From assembly GCF_036321535.1 (NCBI RefSeq), contig NC_087437.1:64606001-64670000 (forward strand): a stretch of 64,000 nt of DNA. The letters are read 5' to 3'. Position numbers and translations under genes: made by a program. This DNA comes from Camelus dromedarius (taxonomy: Eukaryota). Below, in pieces: positions 50,901 through 63,350 of this stretch. The number at the start of each line of letters is the position of its first letter. The stretch's first letter is position 1. Under the pieces are notes generated by a model. That model saw only the letters and a list, made by a program, of their open reading frames with translations. It was not told the origin of the DNA and ran no database searches.

Positions 50901-51780
50901 TTTTGAAATGTATAAAAAAGACAAATGTTTCTCTTCTCAGATGATCTTTCTCCAAGGAGAGAACTAATTTTTGATGTGCATGTGTGTATTTATATATGGA
51001 TATGTACATGAATATGTATTTTTTTCTTTTGAGCAGTGTTGAGATTTATTGTCGGTATTGCTGTAGCAGTTAGGTTGCTTATGGCTGTAGGTAAAAGAAA
51101 GCCTAGCTCACACAGGGCTTAAACTTAGTAAAGGGAATGTGCTGGCTAATTATTCTAGTTGGACTTCTTAGTTTAAGCACTAGAGATTGATTCTAGCTGA
51201 TTTAACGATATTACACATTTGTTGAAATGATATTGGATAGCTCAGAGCCTAGGTAGATAGAACCAGAGCCAAGAAATAATTAGGTCATAGATACAGTCCA
51301 GTAGGAGCACTTCTGCTTCTGGCCTTAGGTACTGGATGATGTGGTGACTGTTAACAGAGATTGCTGCTTGGGGGTACTGGCCATTGCTTACATACGTATT
51401 TAAGATGTCAGTTTGCAATACTAATATTCAGATGTAATCCCACAATGCTTTCTATGCTGTTGCAAAATGCTTACAAAATATACGTATAGAAGAGAATCTT
51501 CATTTACGTCATGGAAAGAGACATACGGCAAAATAGTTTTATTGGAATTTCCAACAAATACACAACAAATTTTCTTTTGTTCTTCATTCTAGGTCTGGAT
51601 AAAATTGAGTTCTTACAGAGTCATGAAAACCAGGAGATCTACCAGAAGGCCTTCGACCTTATTGAGCATTACTTTGGGACCGAGGATGAGGACAGCAGCA
51701 TTGCACCCCAGGTTGACCTTAGCCAGCAGCAGTACATCTTCCAGCAGTGTGAGGCTCCTATGGAAGGTTTCCAGCTTTGA
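17788..51780 (+). CDS. KPNA1: Importin subunit alpha-5 (karyopherin alpha 1), spliced CDS: join(17788-17916,22680-22787,25552-25651,27770-27864,34416-34547,35585-35673,36082-36181,36933-37096,38553-38631,42849-42974,44567-44694,49998-50176,51593-51780)
   Basis: 13 exons with AG/GT boundaries and consistent phases sum to 1617 nt (538 aa plus stop). Translation runs [17 protein letters not shown] (IBB domain), through the ARM repeats, to [12 protein letters not shown]. Exon 1 and the promoter lie upstream of the window. Confidence 0.98.
18440..20172 (-). mobile_element. L1 3' portion (younger ORF2 C-terminus and 3' UTR, adjoining an older L1 end)
   Basis: Minus-strand ORFs 18975-19247 (CWECKLVQPLW-like [22 protein letters not shown]) and 19794-20048 ([25 protein letters not shown]) are L1 ORF2 motifs. 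Confidence 0.92.
20602..20878 (-). mobile_element. Young 5'-truncated L1 3' end
   Basis: T-rich tail; TSD ccaatcagactt at 20590-20601 and 20879-20890; same family as the copy at 3896. Confidence 0.85.
21447..21910 (+). mobile_element. L1MA-like 3' UTR relic
   Basis: gacaacatggatggacattgaaggcattatg; ggtacaaacttccagttataagataaataag. Confidence 0.8.
21960..22606 (+). mobile_element. L1 3' end (artiodactyl-type) with poly(A)
   Basis: aatagagttaccatatgatccagca; atgccatttgcagcaacatgg; A-tail at ~22594-22605, about 75 nt before exon 3. Confidence 0.85.
22680..22787 (+). CDS. KPNA1: KPNA1 exon 3 (LFKRRN...MEMAP)
   Basis: tttttcag|TTATTC ... CCA|gtaagt; 108 nt. Confidence 0.97.
23668..24530 (-). 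mobile_element. MLT2 (ERVL) LTR plus adjacent internal fragment
   Basis: tattagtcagggttct..aggaattggctcatg..caagttgacacataaaatt (LTR, ~23668-24230), followed by ERVL-internal-like sequence. Confidence 0.8.
23868..23997 (-). mobile_element. tRNA-derived SINE (Vic-1-like) nested in MLT2
   Basis: ggaggtactggggattgaacctaggacctcatgcatgctaagcatgcgctctacc..gagctata. Confidence 0.85.
24975..25300 (-). mobile_element. L2 3' relic containing a 26-bp local duplication
   Basis: cattcagtaagtatttgctgagcatctac..catggagcttaca; gataactaagaagaatatctgatagt at 25101 and 25133. Confidence 0.7.
25552..25651 (+). CDS. KPNA1: KPNA1 exon 4 (GGVITS...KLLSK)
   Basis: cccag|GGTGGT ... AAAG|gtgagc; 100 nt. Confidence 0.97.
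26172..26290 (+). mobile_element. Young 5'-truncated L1 3' end
   Basis: atgttcatgtataactgaaaaattgtgctctacactgg..gactataactcaataaaaa; same family as the copy at 3896. Confidence 0.8.
27135..27315 (-). mobile_element. L3/CR1 relic
   Basis: actttgtcaagtctcttgctgaaat..gagattaatttggca..tgctggctccta resembles antisense CR1 RT. Confidence 0.55.
27643..27690 (+). other. Candidate 48-nt stop-containing (poison) cassette exon of KPNA1
   Basis: tttttttttctttttttag| acceptor and GAA|gtaagt donor; in-frame TGA at 27687-27689 when joined to exon 4. Confidence 0.55.
27770..27864 (+). CDS. KPNA1: KPNA1 exon 5 (EPNPPI...NCTLQ)
   Basis: ggggagacag|AACCT ... CAG|gtgcgg; 95 nt; both sites are non-optimal. Confidence 0.96.
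28984..29181 (-). pseudogene. Decayed CBLN1-like terminal C1q exon, copy A
   Basis: Minus strand: acceptor ctctttctttgatctctag| followed, with frameshifts, by [45 protein letters not shown]. The 198-nt span equals the 65 codons plus stop of the CBLN1 last coding exon. Confidence 0.85.
30932..31097 (+). pseudogene. Decayed CBLN1-like terminal C1q exon, copy B
   Basis: Acceptor ctctcttttcacttgctctccag| followed by VSL-[9-codon gap][32 protein letters not shown], a frameshift, then [12 protein letters not shown]1 reads [54 protein letters not shown]. Confidence 0.85.
34416..34547 (+). CDS. KPNA1: KPNA1 exon 6 (FESAWV...DVQEQ)
   Basis: tttatag|TTTGAA ... CAG|gtaaaa; 132 nt. Confidence 0.97.
35585..35673 (+). 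CDS. KPNA1: KPNA1 exon 7 (AVWALG...PPLLQ)
   Basis: ttcacag|GCTGTC ... GCA|gtaagt; 89 nt. Confidence 0.97.
35684..35770. repeat. (CCTT/CCCT)n pyrimidine simple repeat
   Basis: Seen directly, just after the exon 7 donor. Confidence 0.9.
36082..36181 (+). CDS. KPNA1: KPNA1 exon 8 (LFSKQN...PEFAK)
   Basis: cttacag|GTTATT ... AAG|gtgagg; 100 nt. Confidence 0.97.
36242..36381 (+). mobile_element. tRNA-derived SINE (Vic-1-like)
   Basis: gggggagggtatagctca..gagttcaatcccc; perfect 15-bp TSD aaaagagtatagcaa at 36225-36239 and 36382-36396. Confidence 0.9.
36933..37096 (+). CDS. KPNA1: KPNA1 exon 9 (VSPCLN...VELLM)
   Basis: tttgcag|GTTTCC ... GAT|gtaaga; 164 nt. Confidence 0.97.
37715..38050 (+). mobile_element. 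L3/CR1 3' relic
   Basis: tcagcagcatgatgctgttg..aagaaactggcatag..gagaagagtgatca resemble the CR1 ORF2 end. Confidence 0.5.
38553..38631 (+). CDS. KPNA1: KPNA1 exon 10 (HNDYKV...DIQTQ)
   Basis: attgcag|GCATAA ... CAG|gtatga; 79 nt. Confidence 0.97.
38990..39192. repeat. (TTTTC)n/(CCTCT)n microsatellite, probably the expanded tail of an adjacent antisense L1 end (39210-39385)
   Basis: About 200 bp of nearly pure pyrimidine pentamers, followed by gctttattgaggtataactgaca (L1 3' end). Confidence 0.95.
42849..42974 (+). CDS. KPNA1: KPNA1 exon 11 (VILNCS...RAQIQ)
   Basis: cgtttag|GTGATT ... CAG|gtaatc; 126 nt. Confidence 0.97.
43490..43615 (-). mobile_element. MIR relic
   Basis: agaggtcatctaatccaac..gaaactgagactcagaga..tgatttgctcaagg. 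Confidence 0.65.
44567..44694 (+). CDS. KPNA1: KPNA1 exon 12 (TVIDAN...AEQIK)
   Basis: tttcag|ACTGTG ... CAA|gtaagt; 128 nt. Confidence 0.97.
45727..45742 (+). promoter_or_regulatory. Candidate CTCF site
   Basis: CCACCAGATGGCAGTA matches the CTCF core consensus CCASYAGRKGGCRS. Confidence 0.55.
48625..49630 (-). mobile_element. L1MC-like 3' relic
   Basis: ttttagatttacagaagaattg; ttttcagattggcttcttt; gatgttgagcatcttttcatatgcttatttgccatc. Confidence 0.8.
49998..50176 (+). CDS. KPNA1: KPNA1 exon 13 (YLVELG...EEAYG)
   Basis: aatttag|GTACCT ... ATG|gtaaga; 179 nt. Confidence 0.97.
51593..51780 (+). CDS. KPNA1: KPNA1 exon 14, coding part (LDKIEF...EGFQL*)
   Basis: cattctag|GTCTGG ... CTT TGA; 188 nt. 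Confidence 0.97.
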
Positions 51781-54700
51781 AGCAATACTCTGCTTTCATG
51801 TTCCCGTGTCAGACCAGGCTACCCAGTCAAGTCCTCTTGTGGAGCCCACAGTCCTCATGGAGCTAACTTCTCAAATGTTTTCCATAATACTGTTTGCGCT
51901 CATTTGCTTGCCTTGCGCACCTGCTCTCTTACACACATCTGGAAAACCTCTGGCTCTCTGTGGTGGAATACCCTTCTAATAAAAGGGTAACCAGAACGGC
52001 CCACTCTTATGGAAAACCCCTAGGCTTTGGAGATCCGCACTTATATATTATAAAGAATCATGGGAATATATACATATTAATGTGGCTCCCTTTTTTTGTG
52101 GAGGAAGACAGACCCCTCCTCATTCCCTTTAACGTGGGGAAAAATACTGACATTAAAAGATGAGACTAAACCTTTATCTTGAATTTCACACAACTACTTG
52201 CAACAGGAGAGATGTTTAGACCTGTTACGTACTTCAGAGTACTTTTCATGAGTTCTTCCACAGTGAACCCTTGGATTACCTGGTGGCTTTTTCTAGCCAA
52301 ATTTGCATTACTCCTTACTGAGATTGGATGGTTTTTCTTTCCTTTATTGGCACCATTCTCCACAGATACTAAAGTTAAACCATCTGCTCCCTCACCTTCA
52401 GCCTTCAGTGAATGTGCTTTCTAGTTGTCAGGAATGCTGAAGAATTAACTCTTTGACTCTTAATGTGATACTGGTTTGAAGATTCCCTTAGAGCAGAAAG
52501 GAGAGGGGCACATATTAATTTGTATGGCTGCTGCTTCTCTTTGGTCTTATGTGTCTTAGGATTTGGAAGTGGTTCTGTTCTAATGCTGGTATGAAGATTT
52601 AGAATCCTTAGTAATCAAAATCGTATCTTGTAATTCAATAAAAAAGTAAAAAACAAAAACCCCTCTAATTTCCCCAGACTTAACCAGTGTGATTAGAGAC
52701 TGTTTCTGCATTAAAACAAATGTTTCAGGCTTTGTGGTCCTGATCAAGGTCCTTATTAAATTGGAGTTCACCCTAGGTGCTTTTCCCCTCTGTGACTGGC
52801 AAATAACACATACTTTTAAAGGTTTCTTAGGGAATCTTTTTTTCGTAGTTGGGTGCAGCTTGATTTTAATGAATTCATGCTGCATGTAAGTAGCATCCTT
52901 TTCTTAAGTAACCATCTTGATGTGACCTGTTTAACCCAAATAAGGGCAGTGATTTTTTTTTTTCTTATAACCTCATGTTCCCTTATGATTTATGTCATCT
53001 CTGACTAGTACTGCCCAGTCTAGTCCCTCCCATAAAATAAAAACAATTTCCACCTTCTGGCTCTTTTAATGATGACTTCAATCTCTACCTGCAAATGGCG
53101 CTTCCAGTGCTGTCTTCAGTGATCCACATCTGTGCTCGGACTGGAACGAAAAAATAAGCTTAATTGCCAAGAGAACTGCAACTGAGTTCAATACGACTTC
53201 TTGGTGCTAGTTGGCCAGCTCGACTCAATGTTGGGACACACCATCTGAGAAGATTTTTTGTTGATGAGCTGTTCAAAATGAATTCTGAAGGAAAAGTTGC
53301 TCACTTCTTTTTCAGAGAATATCCTTTTAAACCTTTTTAATCTTGTCCTCTTCTAGAATTCATTATAACCCCAAAGTAACTATTTGGAAGTTCCCCTGAC
53401 AAACTGTTATACTTCTCTGGTAAATCCTGCTGAACGTTAGGGATACTCAGAGCTTTCATACCTCATCATGTTGTAATTTAAGCAGCCAACTTATGTGACA
53501 TGATTTAAACTTTTAAAAATCCACTTCATTCAAAGTGCAAAGATACAAAGACAAAGGACATTTATCAGCCAAGCGTATGAGGCATTCTTCGCATCTAGTC
53601 TGTAGTTGTGTCTGTGCTCTGGATGGATACCGTCTGATGTCTGTTATCGATGGAGCAGCCACTGCAAAACTAGTCAACTCCCATCTCTTAACTGTTACTT
53701 TTTCTAGTGCTGCTTTGTGCTGAAAGAACATTTTAGTTTACTGCACTCGACCTGTAAAAGACTTTGATTCTTTGTAATTTTAGGGACAAATTAGGTGGTT
53801 AATTTAAAGAAAAACTCTCAATGTTGCCTTTACATCACATTAAAATATAACTTCTTTCAGAAGGGTAATAGAAGCACTGATTGATAGTAAAAATCTTGTT
53901 TTTAGCTTTGACTTTTTTGTGGCTGAGTTTTTTTAAACTGTAAATTACTGCTAACATCATTTCTCTAGGATGTTTTAAATCATGGTAGCTTCTCTTAGAT
54001 AATTTAAAAAAAATTCAGCTCATTTGGATAAACCAGTTTGAATGGGAAAAGATATAAAAAATGTTTCCCCAAGTTAGCAAAAAGAGCATACACTGGGAAT
54101 TTTTCTAGCAGTTCCAGCTGTCTCAGTGAATGAACTAAAACAAAGTCCATTTTAATATGGTTTATTTTCTGTCGAAAACAGGAATTTGTCTTCTATCCTA
54201 GGAGTTCGTGAACCATGAGATACAAGCTAAATTTTTTTTGCAGTGCATTTTTTTTATATAAAAATTGGAATTAAGAAAGATTAAAAAAAACAAAAAAAGT
54301 AAAAACTGGAATTGATTAAAAGTTAAATCCCAGCATAACTGCTCGAACTGATAAAGCAGTCTTTTTGGTACTAAAATGACATTTTAGGAGGTAGCTGTTA
54401 AACAGTCCTATTTTTAGTTCTCTACTTGGCAGATTGTATTAATTTACTTTCAATTTATTGAATTATCCCGTCACTAAGATGTTAAAAGCATGCTAATTTC
54501 AACACAGGAAAACTCTTCTGCAGTTTTTTATACTGATCAAGGAAAGTGGCTGGATTTTCCTTCCTGCTTTTTTTTTTTTTGCCTCCCCCAAACTTTCAAA
54601 GTATATTCTTTGAAATGAGAACGTTTGTAGAAAAACACTGAGAACATTTGGGATGTAAAGGCACTCTGTATCTGAAGGACCAGCAGGTAGATATGGTTAG

Positions 54701-55200
54701 GCTGAGAAATGGCAAGAAAGGTAAAGATGACAGACATGAAGCACAGTGAGATTTAGGAGAACACCTTAATTCATGTTGTCACCAAGTATTTAGGACCCTT
54801 TTAAACTTAACTTTGTCAGCTGTACTGTTTTTGAAAACTATTGCCCTAGGATTGTTTTTCTTCCATCTGCCAGATAAAGTTGGATGGGCTCTGGGTTGTT
54901 TTTCATCATTACTGTCACAGATACAAACTTTGATAGTTATCCCATAGTAAATCGGAATTATTCCAGGTTGTTCCTGATTTTGCCTAAGAAAAAATATGTA
55001 GTATATTTTATAATCCAAACTTTGTCAACTAAATCCTCTGTTGTATATGGCCACCCACGGACAACTTTTAAGTTTACTTCTCTAGTGCTAAATAAATACT
55101 TCAGTTATTTAACCCCCCAGTTTGGGGCTGCATTATGAAAGAGTTTCCTCAGGTTGAAGGATTTCTTTTCTTTCTTGCTGTCAGTTTTGTGAACATTTTT
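51781..55200 (+). other. KPNA1: KPNA1 3' UTR region (3' end uncertain)
   Basis: Follows the stop codon. Repeat-poor and U-rich for several kb, with AATAAA at 51978, ~52637, ~53036 and ~55092. The cleavage site cannot be fixed from sequence alone. Confidence 0.6.
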
Positions 55201-58200
55201 GTATCAATAGGTAAGTCTTTATAGCTGTTTTAGGTTTGGGGCTTTTTATAATAGGAAATTGTGATGTCTAAGGATGATTTTCAGTAGAGAAAAGGCATTC
55301 CCCTTTAAGAAAGAGGTACTGTTTATTTTTCATATTTATCTGCTATATTCTACCTCCTCCATTCCAAAATTTGGCTCATTTGCAGAGATAGGTGTACCTA
55401 CATATGGAAGTCTTGAAGTCTGAATTTTTTTGTCTTCTGAAGTTAACAAAGCCTTTTTCTCTTGTGAGGAGCAGAGTGGCTACTACCCAGGCAGGAAATA
55501 TTCTTGGCTACCTTATTCTGTTGTCAAAAGTTAAAATTATATTTAGGTAATGTTAAAAGTTAAAAGTAATTGAAGGCCAGATGGGACACGAGAAGAGTCA
55601 GTGTGCTCTAACTTGGAGAATATTCTGTAACATGCTGTGTTGTCAGGAAAGGACAGGTAGTAACAATGGGTACCAGAGCATCAGAAGAATGTGTGGTAAA
55701 TTAAAACAAATACCATCATGTGCTGATTTTTAAAACATTCAATTGATACTTCACATTAAATTCATCTGGATGTTTGGGGTTGGAAGAGAGGATTAAGGGG
55801 AGATGCAGTTCCATTCTGTTTTCAGCTAAGGGTAGACAAGAGTCCCAGTCTGTGTTCCTACAGGTCAGATAAAGGCAACTAGTTTTTATTTAAATCACTG
55901 TTGTGTTCCAGGTGCCTGGCTAAAGGGCACTCACTTTTTCTTATTTAATCCTTCAACTACTCTTGAGGTGGACAATTGTCACTATGTTGTAGGTGACAAA
56001 ATCAAGACTTAGGAGAATTTACTCTGCCACAACCCTTAGACACTGTCCAAAAGTGGGGAAAAGCCCTGCAGGTTGTGTGTCTTGAAGAAGTGGTAGTCAT
56101 GGTGGAGGTGTTCTGTGCCAGGAATTCCCAGAACTAGACTTACAGCAGCCACAGGTGAGCCAGCTTTTTCACTGGGCCATTCTTTCTGATTCTTCCTTAT
56201 CATCACACTTGGAATGACTAAATCAGGTATAAATTGCTTTTAGGTTACATATTCTGGAGTGGAGACGCTCTCAATCCAAACATCTTTCCCCTTCTGTGGT
56301 GCTAAAATTCTATATGGCCTGACCAAAAAAAGTTAAAAATACTATACAAATGATTGGTTTTGAGTTTAGCAGCATAACAGCTAAGCTCAGAAACATGTTT
56401 CCATTCAACGAACTCAAAAGTAGAAAGTACTGACACAGAAAGGCTTTGGAATGAAGAAATAGTGCTGTAGAGAGCAGGGCCATCCATGGATGTGAATTTA
56501 ATGAAGCTGACTTCCTAAAGGAATACCCTCCCAAGGAGTGTCCAAAGCTTTAAAAAGACCGTTTAATGTTGAATATATTCTGCTTACCTCATCATTTTGA
56601 CCACTCTGTCCTTTTCAAAGTGTTCTTACACTTTGATTTGGAATGGCTCTAATGATTCTTTGTACCTGAATGTGGTAGGTCAGGCCATGGATGAGTGCCT
56701 TGCACAAAGCAGACATTCAATAAATATTAAATGACTAAAGGAATGTGCATCTATGTGATAGTAGTAAAGGGTACTTGGTTACAAAAGAAAGATCAAAGGA
56801 ATTCCTTTATGCTGCTGTTTGACACCAGGATTAACAAGTCTTAAAGCTAGTGTCTCAACATGTGTTTTATATGTAGTTCCCTTTCAGGGGACATAACTTA
56901 ACCTGAGGTTTATAAAAGCAAACATTTTCATAGCAGATTTTTGTTATATATATATATATATAAAACTACCCAACTTACACCTTCTGAGAAAAGTTAATGG
57001 GTATACTTTACAGGGTAACTAGTACCTAATCAACCCCATATGTTTATACATACCCAAAATAGTTCATCAGTCTCTTCCGGCATACTCTAAAATTAAGAAG
57101 AAAACTTTTTTGGCCAATTATATCCAACCAATGTGGAAGCTTGTGGTTGCCTTAGGCTATTAAATGTCTTTCATTTTTACATATTGTATGTATTGCTGCA
57201 TGAGAACATTCTCTTTATGCATACCTCCAAATTTAAGTGATAAATCAGTAGAAACAAAGATGTGTATTTCTTCATTCTGTAATTGCTTCTTTACCATTTT
57301 TGAAAGATTCCACTGACCAGGTATTTTTTCTGAAAACAAAACAAAATCTTAAAACAGTCTTAGTTCGAGCAGACTACACTATAATCTATAGTGCACGATT
57401 GCTGGGTTTTCAAGTTTATTAAAGCTAGCTTAGGCGACTGTTGCCCCTATTTCATTTGCCATTTTGAAAAATAAGTTAACTACTCTCTAAATTTCTTTAT
57501 ACCCACTTAACCTGAGGAAGCCAAAGGAGCCAGTGGGTGTCCACCGTATGGGTCACTGCTTTACCTAAACCACTTGGGCCCAGCATTATTCATGGGTAAG
57601 GAGAAAACAGAAACCTAGAAGACAACAGTGGTGGGGAGAGATCTGGGCAGGCTGGAGTGTAACTAGCATATTAAGAGTGTAGCATCTTCCAAGATGTGAT
57701 AATGAGGAGAGTAGTCCAGCAGTCAACATTCACTGCTGGTTTGCTAGGGGCAGTCCCAGTTTTTAAATCAATTAACACCTGTTAAATATTTTAATGCCCC
57801 GTCTCACTTTAGTCAAGCTGTTCCTTAGCACAGGAATCACTCCCAGGCCATAGTTAAGGTCTGAAACACATAACCCCAATTCTCTTTTATTTAAAAAAGA
57901 CCCATTTGTGGCAATATTTCTACTTAAAATATTTGCAACTTTACTGAGTGGCAAGGAAAATAAACCTTTCAATCACAGATGAGACTTTCTAAAACTCTCA
58001 TGGGAATTTAAAGGAAGTTTAAAGGGAGAGAAACTTCCAAATCACCTATCTGGTGAAGATTTAGAGTCAGCAAAAATAGAAATTGTTAAAAACGGGACTG
58101 AGTAAGGAACTTTGCTTGAGAGCCCTTAAAGCAAATCTCTTAACTTTGGCTTCAGCCAGTCTGGACTCACTTGTATCAGCAGTCCCTGTTCCCACACTCC

Positions 58201-59307
58201 GCAGCTGCTGCTGCTTCCTCCTCCCAAGGAAGTAGACTATGAAATTCTCAGTCCTAATCCATAAGAACAATATTAGGACTACATGTTAATATTAGAACAT
58301 GACTAATGAATAAAGATTTAACTAGCTATATGCGTTCCTGACGCTATTCATAAAACATTCCAGACACGGAGAAACGAATTTTAATACCGGAAATTTCTCC
58401 ATTCAAATTCTAGGAAAATCTGACAAAAACCATTTCTGTACATTCCTGTCAACACACTCTTAATTGTGTGCCCTCGCCCATGCTTGTCATATTTCCAGTG
58501 GGCTAAATATACTCCAGCACCAACACCCCGTCCCAACCGTCATGTCATGTGTTTACTTGGTCTAGCTTCCTTTCTTTCCTGTCCTAGGGCATCAAATAAT
58601 TGGAGAAATTCAGATTTACTTATATTCTTTGAAACAAAGCCTATGCTTGTTCTGTGAAGTCCTTTTAATTTATTTTTTAATAAGTTAATAAAAATGAAAA
58701 TTGTTTCAACTGATGCAGAATTTAGTAGGTTCCTAAGCTTCCCAGTAAAAATCACACTAACCAGGCTAATGGGAGGAGGAAAGGAGAGGGAGGAGGTGGA
58801 GTTTAATCAGAATTGAATATTAAGTTAAACGGAGATAAAAGTTTTCTCTTTTTAAAATGTTACAGAGGAGAGGTCAATGGTGGCTTTGTCTCAATAAGCA
58901 GCTAAGAGTCATAATTTAATGTATATAAATGGATGCTCCAAACCATTTTAAAGATGCTCTTCCCACTCTCAGCACCTCCTCATTGTGTTTGTATCATTAA
59001 TTTGCACTAGCTAAGAGAAAGCATTTGTCAAATTCCTGTCGAAATTCCAAACTAGAGTAGTAGGGTCTTAATTAGGTTTTTACTAGTTTATCATATGGTA
59101 AACTACTTATGCTGTTATGTCTTACAAAAGCAAGGCTTTCAATTATTCCCAATAAGTATATGATAAGAGACCCTCTGTTTCCAAATGCTTTAATTCTTGA
59201 CAGAAAATACCAAAAGAGCTATTAGCCTCGACTTCAACTGGCTACCAAGAAAACCTTTCAAGCAGAATACTCATAGCCTCTCTTGGGCACTCTTTACTGA
59301 GCAATTA

Positions 59308-59629
59308 CAGTCAACCCTCTGTACCTGTGGGTTACACATCCTCGGATTCAACCAATCACAGATCAAAAATATTCCCCTCAAAATTCCATAAAGTTTCAAA
59401 AAGCAAAGCTTGAATTTGTTTCACCCCCGCAACTCTTTACGTAGCATTTATACTGTATTAGGTATTGTAAGTAATGTACAGATGACTTAAAGTTATAGGA
59501 TAAGATATAAGTAGGTTATATGAAAATAATACGCTATTTTATACAAAGGACTTGAGCATCCAGGATATTTTGGTATGGGGGCAGAGGTGTCCTGGAACCA
59601 ATCCCCTGCATATACCAAGGGGCAGACTG
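59308..59629. mobile_element. Tigger-family non-autonomous DNA transposon (Tigger3a-like)
   Basis: Imperfect TIRs cagtcaaccctctgta / tataccaaggggcagactg with TA target duplications at 59306-59307 and 59630-59631. Confidence 0.85.
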
Positions 59630-60099
59630 TACAGGATTGGAGAAACTAGTCAGGCTTCCATTTCTGGTAAACCTATTCTTGTTTAAAAGAGTAATTTACA
59701 CCTGAAAAGCATGTATCCTCTACATACTTTCACAGCCATTTATCATTTCTCAAAGCTAGGGAGAGCGTACGAAAGCCTAATTACGAGTAACCTCACACAT
59801 TTCCAACCCCATTCGACCTTTTCTGTCCCAAGCACCTATGCAGATCTGAACTCCCCTTAATTTTCTTTGGACGTTTTAAACTACAAGGAAGTGCTAAAAC
59901 AAACGTCTGCTTATTTCCCCTCGGCACTACCATGTGAGGCTACCTGAGCACTGGCCTTCAAACGCGCCTAACACATATTCTTTATCCTTCCCGAAACGTT
60001 TAGGGAATACTTCTGAACCAGGAGTCTTACAATCTGGGCATAAATCTGGCTACGTTCCCCTTGCCTACTTGCAGCCCTTTCGTACCCAGGCTCTCGACC

Positions 60100-60830
60100 A
60101 CAAGTGGAAGGGAACAGAACGAAAGCCACCTGTGAAGCAGGAGCTCACAAAGAATCACCCGCAGATGGATGGACCCACGGTCCCTACATCCCCCAAATGC
60201 GCAGTCCGAAAGGCTTACTTTCAAATGCGGGCTTAACCCTGCGGCCGCGAACACCACATAATTCAGTCCTTTCTCGTCACACGGTCTCCAAAAAGAAATG
60301 CACGTTCTTGGAAACATTCACTGCTTCCCACAGTAGCCAGTCAGGTCTGGGAGAAACCCTGCTCACCTCACTCGCCCAAGCAAGCAGCCCAGGGAACGCG
60401 CAGGGACGGCGACAGCGGACGGAGCCGGAAGAATATGCAGATGCCTTCTGCGCAAGCGCAAGCGCAAGCTCGTCTCTCCCGTCGGTCACCTCGGCTCGGA
60501 AGTGGGGGTGGTGGTGGGGGCTCCGCCTGCACATGCGCCCGGCTATCCTGCCTCCAGAGTCTCTTGCTACGCCGCGGTGTCGCCGGCAGGCCCCGGCCTC
60601 GAGCAACAGTGCCTACGCAAGTTTTCGCTTAGCTTCTGAAATCTTCTGTTTAAAGCGGTAATCCATTCATGCTCAAGTACCTAAAGTCTGACGGGTAGAG
60701 TTGTTCAGTGTTCTCAAACAGTTCCGAGCTGAGGGGCGGGGCGGTGAAAAGTACTTTCTGTAGAGACTCCCCGCCGCCCCACCGCAATGCGCGCAGCTTT
60801 GGACTGTCTTATACATTCGCGGAATACCCA
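60100..60830. promoter_or_regulatory. CpG island / WDR5B promoter
   Basis: Abrupt CpG enrichment against a CpG-depleted background. NRF1-like TGCGCAAGCGCA at 60449, ETS-like CCGGAAG at 60425 and CGGAAGT at 60497, GC box GGGGCGGGGC at ~60732. Lies ~300-1000 bp upstream of the WDR5B ATG. Confidence 0.85.
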
Positions 60831-61083
60831 ACATGAATATCTTACTTGCGGACTGAGCACAGGACCTTGTAAACAGTGTTTCTCAAGTTACTTGTTTACA
60901 AAGGAGGAAGTGAGGAAAAACTGAAGTGGTCCAAGCCGTGCTGTTTATCAGTGTATATCGTAGTTTAAAGACGATCCAAAAAGTGTAATTATTAAAAGGC
61001 TGTTTATTTTTGAGTCCGATGTTTTTTATCTTCATGTTGCTGGGCAGAATGCCAAAATACTGGCTGCCTGGTTCAGGGCCTGA

Positions 61084-62112
<1,029 letters not shown>

Positions 62113-63350
62113 ACCCTTGAGAAATCAAGTAGTAGAACCAAACTGGCAAAAAAAAATTTTTTTTAAGGTTAGGTATTTTAAAAAGATGGTCTCTCTCAAT
62201 TTTGTCATGGTTTTGCATTTTTTTTTAACATTGTCTTCGATTATAAGATTTTAAAACCTGTAACCTGAGTTTACAAGGCAAGACATTGGAAAAGCAAGTC
62301 TAGATCCCAGGGCTACTGACTTTTAATCTTGAAATCTGTTACTACTTTCTTGTGGCTGTCATTGAACAGATTCCCATTCTATTCCTCTCAATGACTATTC
62401 TAGAGGATCAGTGTATTTGATAAATATTTAGAAGTAAGGCTCACAAGACAGGGTGAGTGATTAAATGAGGGGAGCAAGGGAGTTTGGAATAACTAAGGTT
62501 TTTGGTTTGGGAGATCAGATGAGTAAGAGAATAAGTCTGGGATGGTGGTGATTGGAGATTTAAGTGACAGCCTACATGATAGGACGTGAGACTGGATGTG
62601 GAATCAAGCCTGCAATGGGAAAAATAAGTCATGGTTGTGTTTGTTCTGGCATCTAAAAATTTTAAGTTTTTATCAACATAAAAAGTAAAAATAAACCAGA
62701 ACAAAATTAAAAATGACATTTTACTGAAAGGACTCTCACAAACTTGTCAGACTGCCCTCTTCTGATTCTCGGGGCAAGCTCAATGTCTGAATGGTGAGGC
62801 TGTGCTCTTTCATTATGTCTGACCCACTCTTCAGACCCAGTTCAGAAAGCACCACTTTGTGGAGTCATACTGCCTGCCTGACTCTAACCAGAGCTGACAG
62901 CTGAATAAGCTTTTCTTGCTTCTTTCTATAGCTTCTGTTATAAAGTTCAAAACATGTAATTTACCAGTTTGTATTGTAATGGTTTCAGCAAATTATGAGC
63001 TCTGTGGAGTCAAGTATGTTTTATTCATCTTTGTATTCTGTTTTTGTATATAGAAGGGACTCAAGTCATGTTTGACAATTAAACCACCATCCCAACTTCC
63101 ACTCTTTGCCTGCTTTCAATAAACTTTTGGAATCAATTCCCCATATGATTATTTTTGTTGATTAAAATGAAAAGTATCTAACCATTGCCTCACATATTAA
63201 CTTTATTCAAACAGGGCTTATAAGAAATATAAAGTGGAAAATGTTTCTGCCCACTTTACCTATAGAGACATGATAAATGTGAAAAAATAATCCAGGAATT
63301 AAGTAAAAAAATAGTACAACAATCATTTAAATGAAAGCAACAAGGGCAAA

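Noticed and set aside
51605..51979. 124-aa alternative-frame ORF over the last KPNA1 exon
   Set aside because: Non-ATG start and Ser-rich shadow frame of the real coding exon.
60104..60661. 185-aa ORF and overlapping 109-, 100- and 96-aa ORFs
   Set aside because: They lie in the GC-rich CpG island where stops are rare. Most have non-ATG starts, and none has a recognisable domain.
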